DNA of 64,000 nucleotides from Candidatus Poribacteria bacterium (GTDB lineage: Bacteria; Poribacteria; WGA-4E; PCPOR2b). How positions within the stretch are numbered: the first letter of the stretch is position 1; each line of letters begins with the position of its first letter. The notes under the pieces were generated by a model. It was not told the origin of the DNA. It did not search any database and saw only the letters and a program-made list of their open reading frames with translations. The DNA is taken from assembly GCA_965198175.1 (NCBI GenBank), contig OZ240245.1:1792001-1856000 (forward strand), read 5' to 3'. The translations under genes and the position numbers were made by a program. This document shows, one piece after another, positions 10,085 to 20,610 of the stretch.

Positions 10085-10477
10085 TCATTCCCCCGTTTCC
10101 TCTTTCTGATGTCGTTCAAGAAACTGCCTGAGTTTCACGAAACTTTTGATGTTCTTCATAATCCGGCCACTTTCCCGCTCCTCAAGATAGAGAAAAAACC
10201 CCATCAAGTACAGACTGATGAAAAATAGTAGAAAGCCGAGTACACATTGGGTGATTGCAGAGGTGTTCGCTTCGAGATTCAGCTTGGGAATTCCGTTTTC
10301 CCACATTACGGAAGCGAAGTCGCGACACCCGGTCACCCCCATGGATAGAAAAATAATTGATAGCGCGAAGACGATGAAAAATTGAATGCCCATCAGTTTA
10401 ACCGTCAATATAATACTGGATTGTGGATGCCGGAGATGGTGTGGATTCGCTTGTGGTGAGTCTTCCGCAATCCACAT
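10085..10477 (-). CDS. Small two-TM membrane protein (start possibly 10393)
   Basis: Two hydrophobic segments; co-oriented and upstream of hemE. Confidence 0.55.
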   Translation of the reverse strand: MWIAEDSPQANPHHLRHPQSSIILTVKLMGIQFFIVFALSIIFLSMGVTGCRDFASVMWENGIPKLNLEANTSAITQCVLGFLLFFISLYLMGFFLYLEERESGRIMKNIKSFVKLRQFLERHQKEETGE

Positions 10478-10731
10478 CTAGTTTGTTGAAAACAGTTATA
10501 TTATAGCACACAGCGCCACTATCGGTAAACCTATATTCCCGCACACATCTGTAAGCGGAGGTGAGGTCAAGGTTTGTAGCATGGGAGTTCGGAGGTTGTT
10601 ATATTCACGGAAATATTATATAATAACGAAGTTCCAAAATGCCGGAGGCACTCCTCAAAACGATAATTGACCGTAATCCAAGCGAATCCTAACTATCAAG
10701 ATTTGCCCTCGTTATTTACCATTAGCCACAA

Positions 10732-12165
10732 ATGCCCGAAGAAAAACTGACAGAAAAACAACACGCCGCTTTACGCCACATACCCGCCATGGAACAGTTG
10801 CTGATTCATGGTTCGTTTGTCGATATGCAGAAACAGTATTCTAGAGATCTGGTAACCGAAGCGTTACGTTCAGTGGTTGCGGAGATTCGGGCTCAAATTC
10901 TCTCCAACCAAGAAATTTCGGATTTTCCTGATGATGCGCAACTTGCCGATCTTACCCACGCTAAACTTGAAGCGATAACCTCTTCCACCTACTTGCCTGT
11001 GATTAACGGGACCGGGACAATTATCCACACAAATCTGGGCAGATCGCTCCTCAGCGCATCTGCCTGCGAAGGACTTCTTCAAGCCGGGGGTAACTATGTC
11101 AACTTAGAGTACGATCTTGAGAGAGGGGATCGCGGACACCGAGATCAAATCACTGAACCCTTACTACAGCGGTTGACCGGCTGCGGTGCGTCAACGGTTG
11201 TGAACAACAACGCGGCGGCAGTTCTGCTTACGTTAAACACATTGGGGCGAGGCAAAGAGGTCATCGTCTCTCGTGGAGAACTGATTGAAATCGGCGGCGC
11301 GTTTCGAATTCCGGATGTTATGGAGGCGAGTGGGGCAATCCTGCGGGAAGTGGGCACAACGAACCGGACTCATCTCAGGGATTACGAAAATGCAATCAAC
11401 GAAAACACCGCACTTCTGCTGAAAGTCCATCCCAGCAACTACAAAATCGTAGGCTTTACCATGACCCCTGAGATTGAGGAAATTACTGAACTTGGCAATC
11501 GGTATGGGATTCCAACTATGGAGGATCTCGGAAGTGGGACATTGATTGATTTGACGAAGTACGATTTACCTTATGAGCCAGTTGTTCGTGAGCGGGTTGA
11601 GGCTGGCGTCGATATCCTAACCTTCAGCGGCGATAAGCTGCTGGGCGGTCCACAAGCGGGGATTATCGTCGGCAAATCGGATCTAATTCAGAAAATTCGC
11701 AAAAATCCACTGATGCGGGCGCTACGCGTTGGAAAGTTGACAATCGCTGCACTCGAAGCTACTTTACGGCTCTATCTCAACGAAGACAACCTAACCGAAA
11801 AACTTCCCATGCTTTATCGCTGTACCCGATCGATTGACGAGCTCCGAATCATCGCAGAGAAGCTAGTAACGCTCCTGCGGGAAATCTTTGGTGAGGCGAT
11901 TGCAGTTACAGTCGAAGAGAGTCATGCACAGATTGGCAGTGGCTCGCTGCCAACTGAGACTTTGCCAAGCCTCGCAATAGTTTTGGAGTCGCAACACATT
12001 TCTGCGGAAGCACTCGCTGCGAGTTTCCGGGCACAATCGAGGCCGGTAATCGGTCGAACGCAGAGCGATCGGTTCTGGATGGACGTGCGAACGATAGGCG
12101 AACAAGAATTGGATTGGATCGTCGATGCGGCGAAAAATGTCCTGGGGACCAGCACTATAATTTAG
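10732..12165 (+). CDS. selA: L-seryl-tRNA(Sec) selenium transferase
   Basis: INGTGTIIHTNLGR, VVNNNAAAV, EVGTTNRT and FSGDKLLGGPQAG (PLP Lys). Confidence 0.97.
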   Translation: MPEEKLTEKQHAALRHIPAMEQLLIHGSFVDMQKQYSRDLVTEALRSVVAEIRAQILSNQEISDFPDDAQLADLTHAKLEAITSSTYLPVINGTGTIIHTNLGRSLLSASACEGLLQAGGNYVNLEYDLERGDRGHRDQITEPLLQRLTGCGASTVVNNNAAAVLLTLNTLGRGKEVIVSRGELIEIGGAFRIPDVMEASGAILREVGTTNRTHLRDYENAINENTALLLKVHPSNYKIVGFTMTPEIEEITELGNRYGIPTMEDLGSGTLIDLTKYDLPYEPVVRERVEAGVDILTFSGDKLLGGPQAGIIVGKSDLIQKIRKNPLMRALRVGKLTIAALEATLRLYLNEDNLTEKLPMLYRCTRSIDELRIIAEKLVTLLREIFGEAIAVTVEESHAQIGSGSLPTETLPSLAIVLESQHISAEALAASFRAQSRPVIGRTQSDRFWMDVRTIGEQELDWIVDAAKNVLGTSTII

Positions 12166-12174
12166 GATAACGCT

Positions 12175-14100
12175 ATGCGACACGTCATCATCGGTACTGC
12201 CGGTCATGTTGACCACGGTAAAACGGCACTTATACGCGCCCTTACAGGAATCGAAACAGACCGGCTCAAGGAAGAGCAAGAACGAGGACTGTCAATCGAG
12301 TTGGGGTTTGCCTATTTCGATCTGCCCGACGGTTCACGCGCCGGAATCGTGGACGTTCCCGGACATGAAAAGTTCATCCGGAATATGCTCTCTGGAGCCT
12401 ATGGGATGGACGTTGTGCTACTTGTGGTTGATGCGAAGGAGGGTGTACAGGAACAGACGTTCGAACACCTCGAAATTCTCGATTTGCTTGGCATTTCGAC
12501 GGGTATCTTGGTGATAACGAAAGTGGATTTGGTGACGGAGGAGGAATTAACTGAATCTACCGAGATGGCTCAAGAGATGTTGGCGGGGACCTCTCTCGAA
12601 GGCGCCCCTACAGTTCAAGTATCGGCTGTGACAGAAGAAGGGGTAGATGACCTCAAGCAAACCATTGTCGATAGTGTGAACGCCCTTGCAGAAAAAGAGA
12701 GCCGCAATGGTATCCCACGTCTTTATGTGGATCGAATTTTTACGATGCCGGGGTTTGGCGCGGTTGTTACAGGAACGTTGATTGACGGTTCCATTCACCG
12801 GGAACAACGGCTTATGATATTGCCACAGGGACGCGAAGTTCGTGTGCGCGGCATACAAGTTCACAACCAACCGGCAGAGGAGGCGCATGCAGGACAGCGT
12901 ACCGCTTTAAATTTATCGGGCATCACAAAAGAAGATGTTAGTCGCGGGGATGTGCTTTGCACAATCGGGTTATCAAAAGTGACAGACAACATTGATGTCT
13001 CTCTGCATGTGCTGTCGTCGTTCCCAAGAATGCTCGAACACTGGACGCGGCTACGGTTTTATCTCGGTACAAGCGAAGCGTTTTGTCGGGCGATTCTGCT
13101 TGTGGATGAAGCGGTCTTGCCAGGCGATACGGCTCAGATTCAATTGCGCTTAGAGAAACCGATTCTAACTTTTAGAGGCGATCGACTTATCGTTCGTGAT
13201 TTCGCATCACAGTATACCGTCGGAGGCGGGACGGTGATTAATCCGTTTGCACCGCGCCACAAGCGGTTTACGACAGAGACATCGGAAACACTAGATCTAT
13301 GGAAAAAGGCTGATGATGTGGGGGTGATAAATCTGTTATTGGCACAAAGCCGCGAACTCTGCACGACAGAAAGTTCTCTGCGATATTATCTTAGCCATCC
13401 TTATTCGACTCTGGGAGAAATTCTGAAAGCACTTGAGCGTGAGCACAAAATATCGCGATGGGGCGGCAGCACTCCACTTATTTCCGCTAGGGATCGAGCG
13501 GAAACGGCACAAACCAATCTCAGCAATGCTTTGGATCAATTCCACGAACGAACACCACTCGCCCCCGGTCAAAATGCCGCACAACTCCGTCTCCAACTAG
13601 ACCTTGACGTAACTGCCTTTGAGAAGATTGTGGATGATTTGATTCGGCGGAAGCGAATCGTTAAAGACGGAAATCTCCTGCGTATGGCGTCCCACCAGAT
13701 TCAGTTTTCTGAGCAAGAGGAGGCAGTCAAGGAGAAAGTTGAGGGAGTCTTTTTGGATGCAGGAATGAACGTTCCGAATATGAAAGCGCTAATCGAGCAA
13801 CTTCCAGAATATGCCCCTCAATCAGTTGGGGCAACTTTCTACGCACTTGTTAATCTTGGACGGCTCGTCAAGATTGCGGATGACTTCTTTGTCCATATAC
13901 AGACGTTCGAACGAATCATGAATTTACTTACGGGTTACCTTCAAGAAAATGACATAATTACTATAGCTGAATTCCGCGAGTTCGCCCAAACCAGCCGAAA
14001 ATATGCTGTGCCGTTTCTTGAATACTGTGACGGAGAAGGCATCACGATTCGTGAAGGGAACCACCGCCGTCCGCGGAAATCGGCGCAGCAGCGAGCCTAA
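12175..14100 (+). CDS. selB: Selenocysteine-specific elongation factor
   Basis: GTAGHVDHGKT, DVPGHEKF, TKVD and C-terminal winged-helix TSRKYAVPFLE. Confidence 0.97.
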   Translation: MRHVIIGTAGHVDHGKTALIRALTGIETDRLKEEQERGLSIELGFAYFDLPDGSRAGIVDVPGHEKFIRNMLSGAYGMDVVLLVVDAKEGVQEQTFEHLEILDLLGISTGILVITKVDLVTEEELTESTEMAQEMLAGTSLEGAPTVQVSAVTEEGVDDLKQTIVDSVNALAEKESRNGIPRLYVDRIFTMPGFGAVVTGTLIDGSIHREQRLMILPQGREVRVRGIQVHNQPAEEAHAGQRTALNLSGITKEDVSRGDVLCTIGLSKVTDNIDVSLHVLSSFPRMLEHWTRLRFYLGTSEAFCRAILLVDEAVLPGDTAQIQLRLEKPILTFRGDRLIVRDFASQYTVGGGTVINPFAPRHKRFTTETSETLDLWKKADDVGVINLLLAQSRELCTTESSLRYYLSHPYSTLGEILKALEREHKISRWGGSTPLISARDRAETAQTNLSNALDQFHERTPLAPGQNAAQLRLQLDLDVTAFEKIVDDLIRRKRIVKDGNLLRMASHQIQFSEQEEAVKEKVEGVFLDAGMNVPNMKALIEQLPEYAPQSVGATFYALVNLGRLVKIADDFFVHIQTFERIMNLLTGYLQENDIITIAEFREFAQTSRKYAVPFLEYCDGEGITIREGNHRRPRKSAQQRA

Positions 14101-14148
14101 GCCGCGACAAGTTGAAACTTGTTCGAAAGCGGGTTGACAGTTTATTAT

Positions 14149-14242
14149 GGGAGGGGATAGGGTCCGGTGGCTCTACTGGTCTTCAAAACCAGCTTGCCCA
14201 TGCAAGTGGGTAGGTGGGTTCGACTCCCACCCTCTCCCGCCA
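14149..14242 (+). tRNA. selC: tRNA-Sec (anticodon TCA)
   Basis: 8-bp acceptor stem GGGAGGGG/CCTCTCCC, 6-bp D stem, anticodon arm CTGGT-CTTCAAA-ACCAG, long variable arm, T arm GTGGG-TTCGACT-CCCAC, GCCA end; directly after selB. Confidence 0.97.
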
Positions 14243-14308
14243 TCAGGAATAAGACATCAGTGACTGTCGTTACGCGCCCAGATTTACCGAAGGGTTGCGT
14301 GCGCTGTG

Positions 14309-15688
14309 TCAACCCTTAAAATTGGCGAGCACATCACGGAGTGTTTCGAAGATCCGATCCGCCTCTTTGGTCGTCAGGATTAGCGGTGGGGCAATGAAGA
14401 GGATATTCTCCGGTTCATCTACAGCGCGGCTGATTTTCCCAATTAGGATGCCTTTTTCTCGCATTGCCCCAACAATCTGGTTTGTATTCGCTGTATCAAA
14501 ATGAGATATTCCATTTTGAACCAACTCGATTGCGATCATGAGCCCTTTTCCTCGGACATCTCCGACAATCGGCAACGATCGTAGCGTGTCAAGTTTCTCC
14601 AAGAGGTAAGTCCCTACTTGTTCAGCGTTTTCCCATAATCGCTCGTCTGTGAGAATTTTCAGGTTTGCCAAGCCGGCGGCACAGGCGACAGGGTGCCCAG
14701 CGTAGGTGCATACTTGTGCGAACTCCCGATTCTCCTCTGGGGCGCCGAGAAATTCTTCAAAAACGTCAGCGCTTACCACACAAGCGCCGAGCGGAAGGTA
14801 GCCACTCGTCAGTCCCTTTGCCAATGTGATAATGTCAGGTTGTATTCCCCAACGCTCACACGCAAACAGTGTTCCCGTTCTGCCGAAGCCCGTAATCACT
14901 TCATCAAGAATGAGCAAAACTCCATAGCGATCACAGATTTCTCTTAGTCGTGAAAGATAGTCATCCGGCGGGACTATCACTCCTCCGCCGCCAATGATTG
15001 GTTCAGCAATCACCGCGATGACAGTTTCCGCCCCTTCCCACTGAATGACCCGCTCGATTTCGTCGGCGCAGAACATGTTACAGTCCGACTCACTCAAACC
15101 AAACGGACATCGATAGCAATAAGGCGGGTGCACGTGCAGGAAACCCGGTGCGAGCGGTTCAAATGCCTTTTTTCGCTGGACCTGCCCGGTTGCGGACATC
15201 GCCCCGTAAGTGAATCCGTGATAGCCGCGATAACGGGCAATAATCTTGTAGCGGTTCTGGTCCGGATATCTTTGCCTGCCGTACTGCCGCGCAATTTTTA
15301 TTGCGGTTTCGTTGGCTTCAGAACCGCTATTGCTGAAATAGACGTGGTTGAGGTTCCCAGGTAAAAGCTCGGCGAGTCGTTCCGCCAACAGTGCTGCGGG
15401 AATGTTAATCTGCGTGTGTGGGTAGTAGTGCAATTGCTGCATCTGTTCGTAGACCGCTTGGGCAATCTCCTGCCGTCCGTATCCAACGTTGACATTCCAT
15501 AGACCGGAATAGGCATCCAAATATTCGTGTCCGTCCGAGTCGATTATCGTTGTCCCGTGCGCTGATTGGAACACTATCAGATTCGTCTGATTTAAGAGGT
15601 CATGCTGAAAGAGCGGGTGCCAAACGTGCGCCTGATCGATTTTTCTGTAATCTTGTGTGGATAGTTCATTCTGTGAATTCGCCATCAA
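14309..15688 (-). CDS. Class III PLP aminotransferase
   Basis: SGSEANE, DEVITGFGRTG and AKGLTSGYLP. Confidence 0.92.
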   Translation of the reverse strand: MMANSQNELSTQDYRKIDQAHVWHPLFQHDLLNQTNLIVFQSAHGTTIIDSDGHEYLDAYSGLWNVNVGYGRQEIAQAVYEQMQQLHYYPHTQINIPAALLAERLAELLPGNLNHVYFSNSGSEANETAIKIARQYGRQRYPDQNRYKIIARYRGYHGFTYGAMSATGQVQRKKAFEPLAPGFLHVHPPYCYRCPFGLSESDCNMFCADEIERVIQWEGAETVIAVIAEPIIGGGGVIVPPDDYLSRLREICDRYGVLLILDEVITGFGRTGTLFACERWGIQPDIITLAKGLTSGYLPLGACVVSADVFEEFLGAPEENREFAQVCTYAGHPVACAAGLANLKILTDERLWENAEQVGTYLLEKLDTLRSLPIVGDVRGKGLMIAIELVQNGISHFDTANTNQIVGAMREKGILIGKISRAVDEPENILFIAPPLILTTKEADRIFETLRDVLANFKG

Positions 15689-15771
15689 TTTTCCTTTCCA
15701 AGCGTTGAAGGTGAAATGCTGAGGTATAAACTCTCACCTTATCTTTTAGGTTTATGCGATACTAGAAGATG

Positions 15772-17076
15772 TTATGTTTTCTGCGGCTTCTTCTTTGCAG
15801 CCGGAAACAGGATATTATTCAAAATGAGACGATAGCCCGGTGAGTGTTTGTGGAGATCCAAATTGGTCGGAATCCTTCCCTCCCCGACGAGATGCCGGTA
15901 ATCCTCTGGATCGTGTCCACCGAGAAAAGTGAACGTCCCTTTTCCTAATTTCCCATGGATGTATTTTGCATAGCGAGTTCCTTCGATGTCGCCCAAGATG
16001 GTCACCGTATCGCGGATGGTGTCTCGATTGAACGAAGTCGTCTGACCAAGAAATCCCCGCACCTTACCCACGTGATTCTGGGTAAGCATCGTGGGGATGG
16101 GATCGTGCTTTGCCGAGAACTCGAATAACGTGAAGTCTTCTAAGCCTGACAGCGGGTTGGGCTCTGGTTTCGGGTTATCGATATTGGAAAATTCGTATCG
16201 ATTCGGGCTCGTATACAACGTAAAGTTTTCGAAGCCGAAGGTTTTTCGGAAATTGAGTTGGGATTGATAGTCCGGCTGGATGGGGGTTCCGTCAAGTTCA
16301 GGACCGACAATATCGACACGCCCTCCGTCCGCTGCGATCGTAATGTCCAAGGTTTCCGGCGCTGAGCACATCGCAAACAGAAATCCACCGTTGAGAACAT
16401 AATCCTGAATCTGTTGCGCGATATGTCCTTTGTGTCTCGGCACCCGGGAAAAACCTGCCTCGGCAGCCGCTTTTTCGAACAGACGTACTCGCTGCTGATA
16501 CCACACCTGTCTCCTGAAGGAGCCGTAGAACTTCCCGTGCTGTCCAGTGAAATCTTCGTGGTGTAGATGTACCCAGTCGAATCTTTCCATGAACAGGTTG
16601 CCGTTTTCGACTTCCTTATCCCAGATGACATCATACGGAATGTGTGCATAATCCAAAGCAATCTTCACCGCATCGTCCCACGGATCACGGTAGGGCGTGT
16701 TGCCCGGAGGGGCGTAAACAGCAATCTTTGGTGCTTTTTCCAAGATGATTTCGTCCATATTGCTGTCTTCCATCTCAATGAGAATACCGCCATAATCGAG
16801 ATCGGAGATGGGTTGAACATGAACCCCCATCGCCTTCGCCTTGACATGTACGTCAGATGAATCTTTCAGAAGGAAGGCGCCGCCGCGATAATTCAGAAGC
16901 CACATCGCTTTGTACTCCCGCGGCGTTTGCAGTGTCCAGTAAGTCAGTCCGTAAGCCTTCAGGTGGTTGGTCTGCGTTTTATCCATCGGCACGAGCAGCC
17001 ATTGGGCAAAGGTGCTGCTCGCTAATACGAAGGTAAGGAATGCGGACAGCGATATGCTTTTTGCAGAAGGCATCAA
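15772..17076 (-). CDS. Exported protein of the family often labelled 'asparagine synthetase B' in FCB-group bacteria (function unknown)
   Basis: Signal peptide; QTNHLKAYG, DWVHLHHEDFTGQHGKFY, GGHDPEDY and SPGYRLILNNILFPAA motifs recalled for that family. Confidence 0.7.
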   Translation of the reverse strand: MMPSAKSISLSAFLTFVLASSTFAQWLLVPMDKTQTNHLKAYGLTYWTLQTPREYKAMWLLNYRGGAFLLKDSSDVHVKAKAMGVHVQPISDLDYGGILIEMEDSNMDEIILEKAPKIAVYAPPGNTPYRDPWDDAVKIALDYAHIPYDVIWDKEVENGNLFMERFDWVHLHHEDFTGQHGKFYGSFRRQVWYQQRVRLFEKAAAEAGFSRVPRHKGHIAQQIQDYVLNGGFLFAMCSAPETLDITIAADGGRVDIVGPELDGTPIQPDYQSQLNFRKTFGFENFTLYTSPNRYEFSNIDNPKPEPNPLSGLEDFTLFEFSAKHDPIPTMLTQNHVGKVRGFLGQTTSFNRDTIRDTVTILGDIEGTRYAKYIHGKLGKGTFTFLGGHDPEDYRHLVGEGRIPTNLDLHKHSPGYRLILNNILFPAAKKKPQKT

Positions 17077-17194
17077 TTATTCTCCATTGTAGCTTTAATC
17101 AGCGGTGCTCATTCAAGATAAAGCTGCACTGAACAGCAAATCCACCGATGGATTGTGGACGGAAGGGGCTATCCCAAGCACAATCATCTCGGTA

Positions 17195-19030
17195 TCATTC
17201 AGCGGGCAGTCCGGCGTCCATGAGCATTACAATCCTGTTCGCAATCTCCCGGCGCAGTTTGTCGAGCTCCGGTTCGGGCAAGATAGCGGGACGCTCAGGA
17301 ATATCGGCGATGCGCTTCGCAAGCCAATCCGACGCATCGCGAGCAAGCTGCTGATGCTCCAAATTCACGGAGGACTCACCCTTGGCAATCAATGTACGCA
17401 GGGTCGCGCCGTAGCGAGCATCGTCAATACCTTCCTGTACCGCTTCCCAAGTAATCGTGCTCAGCAGGTTCCCACCTTCATCTTCAAAGGCATAGTGACA
17501 ACCCTGCCAGTTAATCATCTGGTCGTAAGGTCGATAGAGCGGAGCACCGTAGTAGGTCCATTCGGTAAAGCCGTGTAGCCCCATGCGGTCGAGTCCGAAT
17601 CCCGCGAAGTGACGCGGGAAACCGTAGGCATTGTGCTGACACAGCCAGCGGATGCCCCAGAGCTGTGCGTTGTCGGCTTCGGCTCGCCGCAGGTCGTCGT
17701 CGCTAAGCCGCCACAGCTCCCCAACGCGCACATCAAGCGGGACACCGATCGCATCAATCACGTCCTGTGAGTAGGCGGTGCAGAGCATTTTCTCACCGGG
17801 GCATGCTTCGTGGAAGAGCGGGAACTCTACCTTTGCCCATTCAAGCTCACGTGCATGGATAGCTGCGGCACCAGGTTCATCCACGAGAAACCAGAGGATT
17901 TCGGGCCATCCTGCTTCTTTCGCGTGGCGAACCATCTGGCGAAAGAGATCTTTGAGCACCTCCTTGAGATCCTCGGGATAGTCTTCCGCCTTATAGTTGA
18001 TGCAGCGCTGACCGTAGTAATCGGCGGGCTTGAATTTCTTGCCGTCCACTCGATCGAAGAGATCGAGCACGCGGCAACTTAGCAAGCGAGGATAATACGG
18101 CACCGGTCTGTTAAACCCCTGACGTTTGAGTTCAGCCATGAGCTTGTCGGTGCGCGGAAAACTCGCGACGACACGGTCTCCGATTCGCTCAAGGACGGGA
18201 GACACGTGTCCCGGGGGACAGATAAGCATCGAATTGACGCCGTGTGCTTTCATGTCGGCGAAATCCTGCGCGGTTTTCTCGCTTGGTAAGCCATAGTAGT
18301 AGATGCCCCACCAGCGGCCCGTCACCAGCCTAAAGGGATAGACCAGCAATTCGAGCTTCAGCGCCGCTTCACCGCCATTCTCAGTTCGAACATGGACGTC
18401 CCCTGCATAACGACCTACCGGGGTCCCCGGAGTGATGTGGAGTCGCATCCAAAACTGCTGGCTCTGTCCGCTTGGCACTCGGGTTGCGGCGTCTTGATGG
18501 TCTATAAGCTTGGGTGCCTCGACAAAGAACGGGTCCCAGTAGTTTCTCCAGATACCGATGCGCACCGGTCGAACCGTGATGGCGGAAGCCGGTAGCGTGC
18601 CCCCATCTTTGCTCGACAATGTTCCAACTTCCACATGTACCCGTCCCAAATCTCGAAGTGCGTGAATTGCAAACTGCGTGTGCCGTTTCTCGTTCTGGCT
18701 GGCGGCGGTAAAGAGCGCGACAGTCCGCTCGCTCTCTTGGGGGCTACTGAAGCGAAAGACGCCGTCAGACTTCGATCGACGATAGACGATGAAACCGCGT
18801 TCGACTTCCTCAGCTGTGATACCCTGCGGATCCGGTTCGGGTTTAGGGGTCCGATCCTCGATTTCATCGCCGTTGACGACCAAAGTCCGTCGACCGTCTT
18901 GGTAGATGCGCTCCACGACTCTCTCGTGAAGCCGCGTCTCGCGGTAGCTCTGTTCGGCTCCGCACGACATGGCAACACTGAGACTAACAACCACACAAAT
19001 TCCAATAAAACACAGAATGAACACCATCAA
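17195..19030 (-). CDS. Secreted glycoside-hydrolase-like protein (DUF4091/GH123-like)
   Basis: Signal peptide; WFLVDEP and WEAVQEGIDDARY motifs. Confidence 0.6.
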   Translation of the reverse strand: MMVFILCFIGICVVVSLSVAMSCGAEQSYRETRLHERVVERIYQDGRRTLVVNGDEIEDRTPKPEPDPQGITAEEVERGFIVYRRSKSDGVFRFSSPQESERTVALFTAASQNEKRHTQFAIHALRDLGRVHVEVGTLSSKDGGTLPASAITVRPVRIGIWRNYWDPFFVEAPKLIDHQDAATRVPSGQSQQFWMRLHITPGTPVGRYAGDVHVRTENGGEAALKLELLVYPFRLVTGRWWGIYYYGLPSEKTAQDFADMKAHGVNSMLICPPGHVSPVLERIGDRVVASFPRTDKLMAELKRQGFNRPVPYYPRLLSCRVLDLFDRVDGKKFKPADYYGQRCINYKAEDYPEDLKEVLKDLFRQMVRHAKEAGWPEILWFLVDEPGAAAIHARELEWAKVEFPLFHEACPGEKMLCTAYSQDVIDAIGVPLDVRVGELWRLSDDDLRRAEADNAQLWGIRWLCQHNAYGFPRHFAGFGLDRMGLHGFTEWTYYGAPLYRPYDQMINWQGCHYAFEDEGGNLLSTITWEAVQEGIDDARYGATLRTLIAKGESSVNLEHQQLARDASDWLAKRIADIPERPAILPEPELDKLRREIANRIVMLMDAGLPAE

Positions 19031-19085
19031 TTATACTCCATGAAATTCTCTAAATTGTAAAACCCTTGTGCAAATCGTCCAGGTA

Positions 19086-19898
19086 TTATAAGTATGCTGT
19101 AAGTGCGGCGAGGCTCTCCACTACAAGATTAGGCGAAATCTCGTCTGCCTGCTGGAGTGATTCGGGGGTTGTTTCACCGCTCAACACAAGTACCGTCATT
19201 AGATCGGCGTCGCAGCCCATTTTTATATCTGTATACAGCCTGTCGCCGATGATGGCAACGTATTTCGCTTCCAGATGCAGCCGCTTCAGCGCCATCTGGG
19301 CCATTAGCGGTTGAGGCTTACCGATGACGAGCGGATCGACATCAGTCGCAGTCGAAAGGAGAGCGGTCATCGCGCCACAATCCGGAATATAACCGTATTC
19401 AGTGGGGCAGACCTTATCCGGATGGGTTGCGACAAATGGAACTCCTTTCCGGATTAACAGTGTTGCAATCTCAAGCTTGCGATAATACAACGTTTTATCG
19501 AATCCAAGAACAACGCAATTCGGATCCTCGGGCGTCAGCAGAAATCCAAGTTTCTTTAGCTCATTTTCAAAACTAGGCGTCCCCAAAACAAATAACTTGG
19601 TATAACCCATTTGTGCAAGGTACATCGCCGTGGCATCGCCGGAGGTTAGGACATCTCCACCCTGTGCATCAATTCCAAGATGACGCAGCTTTTCCAAGTA
19701 GGTATTCGCGGACTCAGAAGAGTTATTCGTCAAGAACAGATAGCGCTTCCCCAGTTTCCGGACGGCTTCAAAAAATAGCGGTGCGCCTTGGATGGCGCTA
19801 TTCCCTACATATGTCGTGCCATCAAGATCAACGAGGAAGCCTTCAAGTTGGGCGAATCTATCTCGGATCTCTTCAGGCGGCGCTTGCGAAAATTTCAT
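19086..19898 (-). CDS. HAD-IIA (NagD-like) phosphatase
   Basis: DLDGT, LTNNS, IGKP and IGDRLYTDI. Confidence 0.92.
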   Translation of the reverse strand: MKFSQAPPEEIRDRFAQLEGFLVDLDGTTYVGNSAIQGAPLFFEAVRKLGKRYLFLTNNSSESANTYLEKLRHLGIDAQGGDVLTSGDATAMYLAQMGYTKLFVLGTPSFENELKKLGFLLTPEDPNCVVLGFDKTLYYRKLEIATLLIRKGVPFVATHPDKVCPTEYGYIPDCGAMTALLSTATDVDPLVIGKPQPLMAQMALKRLHLEAKYVAIIGDRLYTDIKMGCDADLMTVLVLSGETTPESLQQADEISPNLVVESLAALTAYL

Positions 19899-20601
19899 TA
19901 GCTAATGTCAAATCGGCGAAATTGTCAATCTCCACGCAACGATGCACTCCAATATCAAACGGTCTAAACTCGATGAGTTGTAAAGCTTCACTAATTGCAA
20001 CTTCGGTCCACAGATTTCTCTTACCCTCGTCAACGATGATTCGAGTTGCTATCTTTAATATCTCTCTGCATGTAAAAGGGCAAAACTTGTAGACGTCAAT
20101 CGAAACCCCATAAGCGCTGGAAGCAGAAACCGCTTTGCTCAGTTCAACGACTCTGTGCTGCGAATCGACGACAACTTTCATGGCTTCATCATCGTACCGA
20201 TTCGGTTGCACGCTTATGAGATTGCCCCATTCGGATTTCAGCAGCGATGATATAATTTCAGGTTCAAAAACAACATCTCCGTTACACAACAATACGGACG
20301 CCTCACCAAGATTTTCAGCCGCCATATAGAATGAATACATGTTGTTCGTGTTCGCATACTGCTCCTTGACTACGACCTTAACGACATCCGGGTAATTCTG
20401 GCAAAAACTGAGGACTTGATCGGACTTATATCCGGCAACCACAATGATTCTGCCGATTTCACAAGCGAGAAAAGCCTCAATCTGCCGTTGAAGGATTGGG
20501 ATTCCAGCGACCTGGACCAGGCATTTCGGTACGTTATTCGTCAACGGTCGTAATCTTGAACCGACACCAGCCGCTAAGATGATACCGATTGACGTTGACA
20601 T
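19873..20601 (-). CDS. Phosphocholine-cytidylyltransferase-family nucleotidyltransferase
   Basis: ILAAGVGSRL..PKCL, TNNMYS, NGDV and EIDN motifs. Confidence 0.88.
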   Translation of the reverse strand: MSTSIGIILAAGVGSRLRPLTNNVPKCLVQVAGIPILQRQIEAFLACEIGRIIVVAGYKSDQVLSFCQNYPDVVKVVVKEQYANTNNMYSFYMAAENLGEASVLLCNGDVVFEPEIISSLLKSEWGNLISVQPNRYDDEAMKVVVDSQHRVVELSKAVSASSAYGVSIDVYKFCPFTCREILKIATRIIVDEGKRNLWTEVAISEALQLIEFRPFDIGVHRCVEIDNFADLTLANEIFASAA

Positions 20602-20610
20602 ACCCGCCCC

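Noticed and set aside
14243..14310. Island integrated at selC
   Set aside because: No adjacent integrase, and I saw no duplicated tRNA 3' end in the window.
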